In this document: positions 52,141 through 64,000 of the stretch, piece by piece
How the letters are laid out: the number at the start of each line of letters is the position of its first letter
Position numbering within the stretch: the stretch's first letter is position 1
Assembly: GCA_907165135.1 (NCBI GenBank)
Contig: OU015568.1
Span: forward strand, 11,036,001 to 11,100,000
Origin: Oikopleura dioica
Lineage: Eukaryota; Animalia; Chordata
Direction of reading: 5' to 3'
Length of the DNA: 64,000 nucleotides
Translations under genes and position numbers: made by a program
Notes under the pieces: generated by a model
The model's database searches: none
What the model was told of the DNA's origin: nothing
What the model saw: only the letters and a program-made list of their open reading frames with translations

Positions 52141-55100
52141 TATGAGTGCGGAGGTTTTAATAGAAGCTTTATGGTATTTCGGAGTAAACAGTCCCGGGAA
52201 AGAGTCCCAGGATAGCAGAAATTGACTCGATCTCTATATCGAGTCTTAAAAACTCAATGGGTACGACAAAACAGCCAATTCGGTGATTTAGCAGTCGATA
52301 GACCCCTTAGTTCAACATTTCTTCTTTATGGCCTCCGTCAATAGCAGCTCTAGAATCGTCGGAAATGGCTCTTTCAACCGATGCTAAACCAAATCTATCC
52401 ATTTATTCTTTCCCCTTCCTTCCAGAGCCAAAAGTTGACGCCAGGAATATTCACATATCAAAGCGAGAATTCAACACCAAAATACCAAAAATACTAAATC
52501 CGACCACAGGCTGCCCAGGATTCGAGCTCATCAAAACCGCAAACTTGCATTCGACAAGTCAATGAGTAAATTCCGATGATACGCTCGGCGAAATTCGACC
52601 TTTTTTTCTTAGATCATGAGAAAGAAGTGGGCATTCTAGTGTTTTGCTTTTGAGAAAAGTAGCACCTCTTCTTCTGACAGCGACGAATTGGTGATTTTTT
52701 CGACGTCATTTCGATTTTACGGAAAAAATGGCGTTATTTCAAGTTCGTATTTCACTCCTCCTTAGCGTGGAAAGGAAAAAGCTCGATTTTCCGTGACAAC
52801 TCATTTGGAATGCAATTTTTAATAAATCTGGTACGTAATCGTACGTCTGGTAGTAAATCAGCATTAATTTTCAGACAAAAGAATCTTATTTTTTCCAATT
52901 AGAATATTTTTTTTAATTTTTAGGAGCTTCAAGAACCTGTTTTATGCTTTCAAAAATTATCGTTTTTTAAGAATTTAGCAAGGCGTGAATTTGATTGGAC
53001 TTATAAGTTGACAGATTTGCTAGTCTCTTGACTTGATTTTAATGAGAGCAGGTGAGAGAGTTATGATTTTTCCGGCTCGTAATCAAGCCAGAGGTACCGA
53101 AAGGAACGACGGGAAGGAATTAGAAGCAACGGCGGGTAGCGCATCTAATAAAAATGGGCCCCTTATCGTAAAAAGCAAGGCGGAATCGAAAGTCTGACAC
53201 GTTTATGACTTGTATTAACGTCTTTTGACAGCTACTCGTAAGTCGTGGATTCTACTCCGCAATCAAGAACATGGCATTTTTGCTGAAAAGATCCTGAGCC
53301 TTCATATTTAGCCGTAGAACTTTTAGAATCGTATTTTCTTTGGACTTATAAAGAGCCTTTTTCTCACCGCTGATCCGGGTATAGTTAGCCGGATTGGCAG
53401 TTGGTTCTTTATCCATTTTGTATTTATATCAAAAATCTCACGAATTAAGGATCTAAAGGGATGCCGAGCATTGGAAAAACGGGTCCGTCGGGTACCTCAA
53501 GCGAGACAAAAGTCGAAGTTGTATAAACAAAACACCAAAAACAAAAATCCAGAGCAGCGATCACCAAATCCTTGCATCACTCCTTTTTTTACAGGCACTG
53601 ATAAGAAAAATATCAACCCTAACGGATTTTTGGGAGATAAGTGTTTACTCCCGTTACTGGTATTTTTTCTACGAAAAATTTTTCATTCGCTTTAAAAAAT
53701 ATGGGGGCTTTTATTGTTTTTTCCGATTTTTAAGAGTTGCCTTATCATTAGCAAAGTTTGAACTGTTATTGGCTTGAAGTCCCTGATTTTCTTCGGCAAA
53801 GCCGTTTTTGATCTGCGTACAGTGAAGTGCGTTTAGATGGGATTCATTTTTGTAAAGAAAGAGTTTATGTTCACTTTATCCGATTTTATTCGTCGTGAAG
53901 CTTTTATTCGATTTTATTTAAACGCAACCATCCGGGCAAAAGACCCAAGAGCCACAGTTAACTGAGCGGGCTACGTCCTTAGTGTTCTTATATTACAAGC
54001 GATGGATTTTTAGGAAGTTGGTTTTTGGCTGCTTGATTATTTGAAATGAACAAGTGTTGATATGAAAAAGGGTTCTCGTTAATCGGAAATGGCTTTCAGA
54101 TGTCCCCACTCGAGTTGGCGGCCATTCTGCGTGTGCGATTATTTCAGAAATTTATTTTAACTTCTAGAACTCGACCACAAGGCACCACCACCATGCGCCA
54201 CCTGGGTCAATAAGGGTCGGGCGCGCAAAATCGAACGCTTTGAATCACATTGGGCAATATCTTTTATTCTCAAAATTAAACGATATTATCGTCGATATAT
54301 AAATATGAAATACATTTGTTCAAGATCTAGGCGAGTGAGCAACTTAATTTGTGTGATATTGTGTTTCCTGAATAAAGTTCTATTTGAGTTTATTCCAAGT
54401 AGAAGAGTGGAAATAGTAACTTGAGCCTTTTACAGGAAGATTTGGATTTTGATCAGATAATTATCAAGCTTCAGATTCCGTCGTGTTTTTTCTGAGAGAA
54501 GATTTTCCACTTGGGCTCAGAAGCGCGTGAAAATCTGTGTGAAAAGGCAAAGGGAGGCCGACGGAAAAAGCGATTAATCTTTTCCAAAAAGATGCTCACG
54601 ATCAAACGAGTGCGCCGAGCACAGGAGGCCAAGTACCACCGAGAAAATTCAAGTGGGCCAAGATTCAATCTTATTCTTTCTTTCGTGACTCGTTTTTACT
54701 TTTCAAATGTGAGGAACGGATTTTCCGGAATGTAATATATATTAAATCGTAGTCTGTGATAATTCGTCGGCCAAAATATATCGGTTGAAAAAACGTAGTA
54801 TTGTTTTGGTAAACAATGCGATTTGCGAGATGGCCCTGGGCGTGTGGCTCACAGCTGGCAGCTACTGCATTCGCTGCGTCGTTCTCGTGGCATTCAACAA
54901 CCGTCACTCTTCAATAATTCAAAATTGGACAGTTCTTCTTTTGAAAGTATTCCTTTTGAAAGAAGGGATTGCCCAGTTAAATTCAGAGTGAACGCAACTC
55001 AACTGTAATGACACATTACATTGTTCCGGAATAAGCAACTGGGGCAATTAACTGTTGCTCAAAAGATAGGGCCCAAAATGGGGCCTATTGTTGGGCACAA

Positions 55101-55768
55101 ATAGTATCTGATCGAAAAATTGGAAAATTACGCACCGCTTAACTTCTTACCAACTGCGAAAAAACTCGAAATTTCTTACAAATTCATCGAAAAGAGGCTG
55201 TTCCCAGAGTATGAATGCATAAATTATTTTCTTTGCGAGTCGAACGAGGTCAATATTTAGAAGAGAGCAGCCGGAATGGGCTTGAAATTCTTCGTAAAAG
55301 TATTCCTCGAGAGATGAAAGACGGCGCCGAAGCGGTGGCCTTGATCTCCCGCCGAGAATTTTCCCTTCCAATTTCAAAAATTCAAAAATGGCCCTTATCG
55401 CCCACGCCCTTCCCGACCGCGAAATTCTAAGGGGAGTAGCTCTGCTCAGTATATTTTCCGAGCTCATTAATTGTGAAATGTTATGACTAGCTCGATCTCC
55501 AGGAACAACGGAAGCTGCCCGAGTGAGCATGTTAAGATTAATCGGATTAAACTCTCGCTCTGAGACAATGGAGGAATCTATTCAATTTGCGATGAATCTA
55601 TTACCAACAAACACATTATCGCGAGTTTATTATTTTTACAGGGATAATAAAGCGGCTGAATTGCCATGAGCTCGCAATTTTGAGTTGAGAATAGAATGGT
55701 ATGAATTGGGAATCGTATAAAATATGGGGTCCCCATTAAAACGGGCCATTTTAACGGATTTATTATAA

Positions 55769-55862
55769 CTCGAGAGGGTACCCTTTTTAACGTTTTTTCC
55801 GAGGTGTTATGAAGTAACACGCCTGGGGCTAGAAAATCAGTTAAATAGGTAACCCTCTCGAG
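55769..55862. repeat. Short inverted repeat (14-15 bp arms)
   Basis: ctcgagagggtacc ... ggtaaccctctcgag. Confidence 0.4.
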
Positions 55863-57849
55863 AACCAATAACTTTGAGCAAATGATACATTAGCCGATAT
55901 CTTTTCAAAACTGATAGTGTCTCATGTGGTGCCATATCGAGGCTAAGAGGGCTCGCCCAGCCTTTCAAGGGGCCTTAGGAGGGGATGGGGTTTTGTTTAA
56001 TCGCCAAATTTGGGCATGAGCTGGGACGTTGCTCGTACCATTTACGGGCAAACATCCGACCCCGCTGAGGTCACATGACAGGCTAATTTATGGCTGCTTC
56101 ATTGCATATAAATTTAGGTGCACAAATACGGAAGAAGACAAAAAAGGGAGGGCCTGTAATTGAGATAAAAGGTGTATTTTGTGCGTTAATTAGGGAAACT
56201 TTGATTCTCAATTATCCGAAAGTGGTTTTCGTTTTGATGACATCTTCCGGTCTGGCTTGCCACCAAACGAACATGTTTGATGGACTCTGTTTCGGGCAAA
56301 ATAAAATCATTCTAGAGCAATCAAAACAATAATTCCTCCGCTTAGCTACCGTTTTTCCACAAAAAATAAATTTCGAAACATTTTCCGCTACAAGAAGGGG
56401 TATTTACTCGCGAATTGAAAAGTAGGGCGCGCAATTCAAAATAGCCAATTTGGCAAAAAAGGGTCTTATCGCTGAGAAACGGCATTTCTGGATGAACTCA
56501 CACGATTTTACGAAAGAGAGAAAAAAATGTAAATGTTTTCGAAAATTTCACGGAAGCAATTATATGGGCGCGAGATATTTGGGTCATAATTAGTTTCTGG
56601 GACGGATCGAGTTTTGCACTAACAATGCGATCCCATCTTTAATCCTGGCGTAAACATAAATTTAAATCGTCATCTTTTTGGTCAACAAAATATTCACTAA
56701 CGATTCCTTGCTAATGATTTCGATGAAAATGGTTCTGTTGGCGAGTTCCCAATCCAACGAATCCGTCTGCTGTCCATCTACCCGGCCTAATCAAGTGGTA
56801 GTATCCACTTGATTCGCTGCTAATTCCTCCTTTGCAAAATGAATGAGTTACGTTTAATTGTTTAGCACTCTAACTGCTTCTTTTCGCTTCCAGCTGAGCG
56901 GGTTAAGCATCCCTTCTGCTTTGCTTAATTCGAGCATTTCTCACGCCTTTCTTCGATTTTCCGCCTCTTTTGTTTTTCCTCCATCTCCGCCAAGAAAATA
57001 CTCACACGCCGAGCTTTTCAGCGGATTAGTAAGAAATCATCAATAGACCGAAATCATTCAATATCGCCTTTTGCCCGTAAACATAACTTTCAAAAGAAAA
57101 GTTCATTTTATAGTTAGCAATCTTCCATAAAAAAATATTTTTCAAGGTCCGTTTTCAATTATTTTTCTATAGCTTCGATTTTGATTTGATTCAACCGAAT
57201 TTGTGGGAGTGGCCCTTAGAAAAAATATATTGTACATTTTTCATTCCGAAGAAAATGATTTTTATAAAAATTATTGGTCCATAAAATTCCCTGGGAACAT
57301 TATCTTATGTAAAGACCATCTAATAATAGAAAACTCTAATGTAAGTATCAAAGAGATATCTTTTTTATCGAGTATTTTTATTAGCAGATACATCTATCTT
57401 TGAGACAATTGTTCAACAGGAGATACTGATAGTAAAAAAGGCGCTATCAGTTTGACTGAGGATATAGAAAAATATCATCTGTTAATGAAATGATACAGGA
57501 AGTTTATTATCAACAAGTACCCCGGAAGATAAGACTTCTCATAATATATTTTATTCTATAGTTTTAAAAGCATAAAGAATGCGGATAAAAATTTGATGAT
57601 GGAAGAAGTGTTCCCTTAACAGCTCGTAAAAGAAGCCAGCTGTCCTAAATTCTCCGGAAAGAGGGTTGAAGAAACCGTCGACGAGCGCGCTCGCGAGCTA
57701 TAGAATGACTTTGGCCACGTGATCTCACTCTTGCGCGCTTTTTTGCGGCGTTGCGCGCGTTCCTCGTCCGCGTAGATGGCTCGACAGCGCCATCCAGCCG
57801 CGAAGAGTGGGATTTTTGGAGCGCTCGCAGGCGCCACCTGCGGCCGCTA

Positions 57850-57960
57850 GCCCCTTTTGATGAAAAAAGTCCGCCCGCCGCGCACTTCGTTTGTTCTTGT
57901 CAGCAACCTGCATCTCGCAAAGAGAGACGAAAAATTTTGACGTTGATTGGCCGAAAAATA
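57850..57960 (+). promoter_or_regulatory. Promoter of the terminal gene: GC-box and CCAAT-type motifs
   Basis: ccgcccgcc near 57871 and GATTGG near 57946, about 150-230 nt upstream of ATG 58100. Confidence 0.4.
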
Positions 57961-58099
57961 AGAAAGATTTTCTGATTTCTTTTTCGATCTCGGAACTACC
58001 ACTTCAACAGATATAAATCATAACCCACCAGCATAGAGACAAAGAAGAAATAAACATCAAAGAAGCTACACAAAAGAGAGTCCTGCACTAACTGCAGAA

Positions 58100-59816
58100 A
58101 TGTCCGCGGAAATTCCTCAGGAACCGACAGATACTGCCGCAGATGAGCCTAAGGTAACTGTTGCTTACTTTTATATCCATTAAATTGTTTCTTCTTTATC
58201 AAAAGTATTCATTTTCGATCATTTAACTTGTTTGATATCTTTACCAATTCTTTGGTACACAGAGAAATTCCTCTCTTTTTTAATTTATTCTTTGAAAACT
58301 TCGGCTCTTTCTCCGGTAAAGGACCCAGCCCTGATTTAACCTACCTCCACCAGAACTCCCCATTAACCCCCTAAGAAATGGCAATATAAAATATCCAGCC
58401 CAAGTGCGAGGAGACCCATGAAAACGCCAAATTCTCGCCGCCACATGAATTGAACGGCCTGTTTGAGGCCAAATATTTGATCGAATAATTATGATAACCT
58501 GAGATCGAGGCGCTGCCGTCGTAAAAATCACTCGCGAAAAAAATATCCATTTTGCCCAGTCCTTAGAATTAAAATTGCATTCAATTTTCGTCCTAGTCAC
58601 GATTTTTTAAAAATAAGGGTTATCTTGGGCCAATAAAAAATCAGCCATTTCCAAATCTTATTGGATATTTTCTATTTAGGACTCGAAGAATCGAAAAAAA
58701 AATATTTTCTTTTTCTATTTTGTGGCCTGTCTTGGCCTGTATTTTGTTGAGAATTCACCCACGTGACTTTCCCGCAAATATTTTTCGCGCAAGAACAGTT
58801 TTATGTATACTTGGGTTGTCAAAAATTCACCATCCCTTTTTTTCGCGATCGGGGGCGATGATTTGAATGTTGGATTAGGTATCACCTTTTAGGATTATGC
58901 CTGGTTTTATGGCGGGTACTAAAAACAAAAAGAGCTGAAACCGAAATGGATAAAGACCTAGTCATTACAACTCGTGAAAACGATCTCTTTTCTTTCTTTA
59001 CTAGTTGCATTGCGTTTATTTAGCCTAATAGGATTGAAGGTACCTACCCTTAAGGAACGGCTAAGGGGACCTTAAGAGGCTGAAATAAGTTGGCTTTATT
59101 GAAAGCAATTCGCTTCCCTAAGTGAGCGAATCTGAATAAAACTTTCAAGGGTCGTCCACTTGAGCTGGGTACCACCTTATTGTCTACTCTTCTCTCATCC
59201 TTACTCTTTTGACTTCCGGAAGAATCACGCGGGTCATTTGGAATATTGGCGCGAAATTTTCCCTAATTATCGAAAATTATTTTTTCATCTTTTTATAATA
59301 ACCAATTAAAAGCACGCGCGCAATTCAAAAAGGGAAGTTTGGCATTTCAAAACTTCTATCTTTCCCAAACGGCCAAGTTTCATCCCTAAAAAGATGACTG
59401 TTGCCGTGAGATCGAAGTTTGAGTGACTGAAGCCTTGGTGAGAATTAGAGTTGACAAATGGCCGCTGTCTCGGGCCCGTCACGATCACCATCGATCATGC
59501 TCCCCGAATTACGCCGCGTAGTGTATTAATTAACAAATAAATATATAAATAATTGAACTAATCGAGCTTCTTTCTAGGTATTCCAAAACGTCGAAGACGA
59601 TGCCAACGTCGAGGACGATCAGGGCGACCACCTCTCTGATATCAAAGGCGATCTAGTCGATGAAGTTGACAACAAGGATTCACCAGGAGAGGTAAGAAAA
59701 AACTCCCCATATGGGCCATGTGGCCGCTTGAACGCCACTGTGCCGCACACTTGACCCGGTTGATGCTTACTAAAACTCTTCTTTTTAGAACAGCGAGTCC
59801 GGCGAAAACAAAGATG
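58100..59816 (+). CDS. First three coding exons of a long-intron gene with acidic N-terminus (incomplete in window)
   Basis: Exons 58100-58153 (MSAEIPQEPTDTAADEPK), 59578-59691 (VFQNVEDDANVEDD...SPGE) and 59789-59816 (NSESGENKD), all with GTAA/AG boundaries and compatible phases. Confidence 0.65.
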
Positions 59817-61563
59817 GTAAGTAAACAGTCAAGTACTCCAGCCCATCCTCGTTCCCCTCCTTTCCCCAGCTGGAACCGCCTGGCATTGATGACAGGCTAA
59901 AGAGGCTGAAATGCGCAAATTAATTTTGAGTTCGATGTCTTGCGCTTTAGATGACAACTGTCTAACATAATTCGCGCTAATTCGTTCGAATACCGAGTGA
60001 GAGAATGACAAACTTCCGACAAGCTCCGGACGCGGAGAAAAAATTTCAAAAGTCGCTCATTATTTTTGCTGATTATTCTTTCTAAAAGAGTAATTTTCAA
60101 AAATTTGAAATTTGGACAGATTTGTTTAGCTCTATGCATCGCTTATTTGCAAGTATCGATAAGGAACTTTTTTCGCGAGTAAATATCTTGTTTATACCAA
60201 CCCAGGTGCCTCTCCAGCTGCGGGATAGGACCCCCTAAGGCTGCTCTAGGCTCGCTCATCCCCTTAGTAAAGAAATCACTCTTTTCATTTTTAACGCGTT
60301 ACTTTTTAGAACGAAAACCGCTCAGTTTATACCCAGAAGGGCTCAGTCCAAATCTCTTCTCGCATACGCTCTTCAATCCTTCCTTCACGGTAATTTTTCA
60401 ACAATATTTTTTATCAAACGATAGGTCTGGAATCACCTGATCAGACAGTTTTATAACTTGATAAGATGAAGCACAGAAAGCTTTTTATCGATTTGATACT
60501 AAATGTTTTGTATAGAAATTTATTCAAAAATTCTCATTTTTTATCATTTTATAGCCCCTCTTTCAATATAATTCTTTTACAAAGTACATTTCCCACAATT
60601 CCTACAACAATGCCTTTTTGCGCTTGGGGACCTTTCAAGAGGAAAAACTGGATTAACCGCTCCTTACAAGCCCGTTTACATGCATTTTCAAAGTCCCGGA
60701 GCAGTTGTAATCGCCTTAGAAGTTGAGAAAAAATCGTCTGGCACAAAATGTTAATAACCAAACAATTGATTAACTCAGATTCGGATCAGCTGCGATCAGG
60801 TCAAGTTCCAAAAAATTCTTTTCATTTCTTTACATTTTGAATCTATATTGACCTGTCCTTAATTCTGTGAGATAATGCTCCTAAGGAAGGGGGTTATGAC
60901 GCGAGCTGAATTTCTCACGTGTGAATCAGAATTGACTTGAAAAGATTCCATAAATTTCCCCCGAGGAGCATCAAAATTACCATCAATTATTACAGAAAAG
61001 AATCGTTATTCGACGTGAAATTCAAAATTAAAAAAAGTTTCCATCGAGCATTTTGAGTTCAAAATTGTTTGTTCAGAATTTGAAATCAACTTATTTTTTA
61101 TTCTGGCCATCGATCAACGTCCCGTCCCACGTCGATTATCTGGCGTGAGCGCAAATTTGAGCCCTCTTTGGGCGATTTCCCGTTTTTTCACATTTTGAAG
61201 GCAAAATGAGGAAGAGGCCGGAAAATCATAAAACTTAAAGGCGGCGCAACTCATGGCACTTCTGATTGATGCCTGCCTAATTTTAGCCTAAATAGAGCGC
61301 GGCTAATTATTTACTCAGAAAATGGGAAATTTCAAATTGCTTGAGACAAGAATTTTTGTTCCTTTGCGCAAGTGGAAATGTAGAATATTTGCGCTAGGCA
61401 CACGTTGAAAGCTTTTTATCAGCGCACTCTGAAAGTTTACAATTCGGAGCGAAAATGTTCTCCCAACTGTAATAAGGTCACCTTCAAAGTTGCAAAAGTT
61501 TTAGTCCGGTAATTCCCCTCGTTGAGCATTTTCAAAAAGAAGTTGCCATTATTCCGCAACCTG

Positions 61564-61637
61564 TGTAGAAAATCTGAGTCAGGGTCCTGAATTTTTGCTG
61601 AAGCTCTTTCAAGACCCTGACTCAGGTTTTCTTTACA
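61564..61637. repeat. 74 bp hairpin with about 29 bp arms
   Basis: tgtagaaaatctgagtcagggtcctgaa versus the reverse complement of ttcaagaccctgactcaggttttctttaca. Confidence 0.65.
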
Positions 61638-64000
61638 GGTCGCCGAGTCCAGGAAGTTGGCCTTAGCCGTAAATTTGACCCCAATTACTCTCCATTAACA
61701 AAAAATGCTCCAGGATGTCCAAAAAAGATAGGGTTGCGGTTCCGGTTGTGATTTTCGCCCATCATTGCTTGTCACAGTGAGTCGAAACTCAAAACGTCTG
61801 GACGCATTCTCATGGCTATTCAATAACCCAACAAGCAAGCAACTGGGTGTGACGCGCTGGACAAAAAAGCTTGGTTGGAAAATGTACGGAAATGAAGTGT
61901 ACTGGTGTCCAGCAATTCCTTTTTGGCGAATTTTTGAGACTTAGTCAGATCAAAGCGGGCACCGCCGACCGCGAGCGGAAAGGAACTACTGCCGGTTCAG
62001 ATGCTAAGAAAATCCGACGATAATTTTTAAACGAGAAAAATCAACAGCCCCGTTGGATCGTTGTTATTCAGACAATTTCCGTACATTTTCGAATCTCCCC
62101 TTAGTTTTATGAAGAGACATCGAATCATTCCCAATCGGAAGCATTAAAACGCGGAAATAGCTGAATCAAGCTGTTTTTTGCCTTGTCTGACAAGTTTTAG
62201 TGCCTTGCCGCGGTTTTGCCGAATGATGATGTATTCGCGCATAATATTCGCGTTTTCGGCCGAAGTTTTTAAGATTTTTGGGAAAGCGCTCGGTGCATTC
62301 CGCACGGCGGGCAACTCAAACAATCCCGAAACGAGAAGAATGCTCCCCACTTTGGAGTAAATTTACACCTGACACGGTGGTGCAAAATTCACCACAGCAT
62401 TCCCACCAAGCCCGCTCCACACATTCCTACTGCATTCAAACCTTCTGACCCTTCCTATGGGACTCAGACGGTCATTTTTTCACCGGTTACTTACCCAGCC
62501 CCAAAAATTCGTGTCGTTGAATATTTCCATTGTTGAGTTGTTACAGTTGTTCGAATCCAAAATGACATTAGATCGCATTTTAATGCGAATAAATCATTCA
62601 ACTCTCTCCATTTTCACGAGCCGATAAACATAAAACTCCTTTCCTGATTGAATGCCCCCAGGCTGTCGCCCAAGCTGTCAGTTTAATTCAGACAAAGTGC
62701 AGTCCCAGTTCTGGAACTCGCTTATTGCCACCATCAAATATTCATCCCCGCAAATCGACACAAAGAAAAAAAGTAAACCAACCAGTGTTAATTTTTCAAG
62801 CGCCGCGCACGTGATGCATTTTGTATTCAAATTTGTATCCAAAGTAATACAGTTGCTACTCGATTATCTACTCGGACGTTGAGTACGTTTCGAGGGCCCG
62901 AGTTCTAGCGCCCGCGGATGAGTTTTTTGAGAGGGGAATTTTTAACAGCTGATTGAATTTAGGATAACCGAGGCTCTAAATTTGTAATTTATCGGATGAT
63001 TTCGATAGCCAGAAGAATTTGTTAACACTTGATAAAAGCTGCGCTTGAGAATTACAGACGCAAATCAACAGTGATACGGGCCCCACCCGGAAAGACGACC
63101 TGGCGTCATGTAATTTCACAAGTCACCAGTCAAGTATCCGGGAAATGTCCCATCGCTAGCTGGGTGGTCTTCTTTCTTCGCAGTGATGGGTGGGCCCGGC
63201 AGATAGAGTAGCCCTGCCCTCGAGCGGGTGGCACTTCTCCCACTCTCGACAAGGGTGTTATTAGATTCTAATTACGCATGGATTTTAGGGCTTCATTCTC
63301 AAGCCGCTCCCAATTTGTTTTATTTCTTTATAGTACCAATAGATAATTAACAAGTCGATAAACGCTTTCGAACAAAAACAAAAACCATGCTCAAGATAAG
63401 CCTACTAACAAAGGGGTTCACGTGGTTCCAATTTCAAGCTTTTTAAAATATATTTTAACATGTTTATTTTAGCTGCCGTATTTATCGAGTTTATATAATG
63501 GAGGACTTCCAGGTGCCACGCCAGAGCTCGGCAAAGAAGGTAAGAAAATGTCAAATTTACGGCGGCGTTTAGGAGCAAACAGATAGCCCAAGTGGTCGAT
63601 AGGCGTAAAAATGCGAACATGTTTGCGATTGTGTCTTTGCTCTCGGCTTAGAGGCAGCTTTGGGCACAAGCCGATAAGGGGAGTATGCCTTCCCGCGTCG
63701 AGAGTTCCAAGGGCGTCTTTTCAAAACAGTTCAATTTGTATAGTTTGGTTTTGATCAAACAGTAATTGCACAATCGCTAGTGATTGAGCCGGGCGGATTT
63801 CCGGGCCGGATCCGATTGTAAAATCCACAGGCGCGCGCTTTTGGGAGATTTTAGCCTGACCCAGGGCTCGAAAATAGTTTCTCCTTCAAGTTTTCAAAAA
63901 ATATAATTCCGAAACTAGTTTCAGCCGGAATCAAGCCAATGCTCCATCAAGAGTTCTCCCATATCGATTTCAAACTATTTCTTTAGGACTTATGCCCGGC

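Overview
A compact eukaryotic genome window, most likely the larvacean tunicate Oikopleura (probably O. dioica). This is inferred from 40-70 nt introns, several GA-AG introns, operon-like gene spacing and a spliced-leader-like relic. Gene models were spliced by hand. Recognisable genes, in order: RPS23, a multi-C2H2 zinc-finger gene, SYAP1, GOLPH3, a non-RD protein kinase fused to a papain/C39-like Cys-His domain, a coiled-coil RING gene, a BMP5-8-type TGF-beta ligand, glutamine synthetase, a secreted Cys-rich (Ly6/oikosin-like) gene, U6 snRNA, an intracellular FGF11-14-type gene that the ORF track splits, a CUB-ectodomain receptor tyrosine kinase, a secreted TSP1+Kelch gene with an upstream operon partner, an SPMIP2/C4orf45-like gene, two tandem Thr/Ser-rich type II membrane genes, a CUB membrane gene, an 11 kb gene-poor stretch, and the first exons of a long-intron gene that runs off the window. 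Several MITE/hairpin elements sit in introns and one sits in a coding exon. The most interesting items are the kinase-peptidase fusion, the spliced-leader relic followed directly by an ATG (a probable retrocopy of a trans-spliced mRNA), and a telomere-repeat-containing MITE inserted in frame into a poly-Thr exon. A few -1 frameshifts in homopolymers look like assembly errors.
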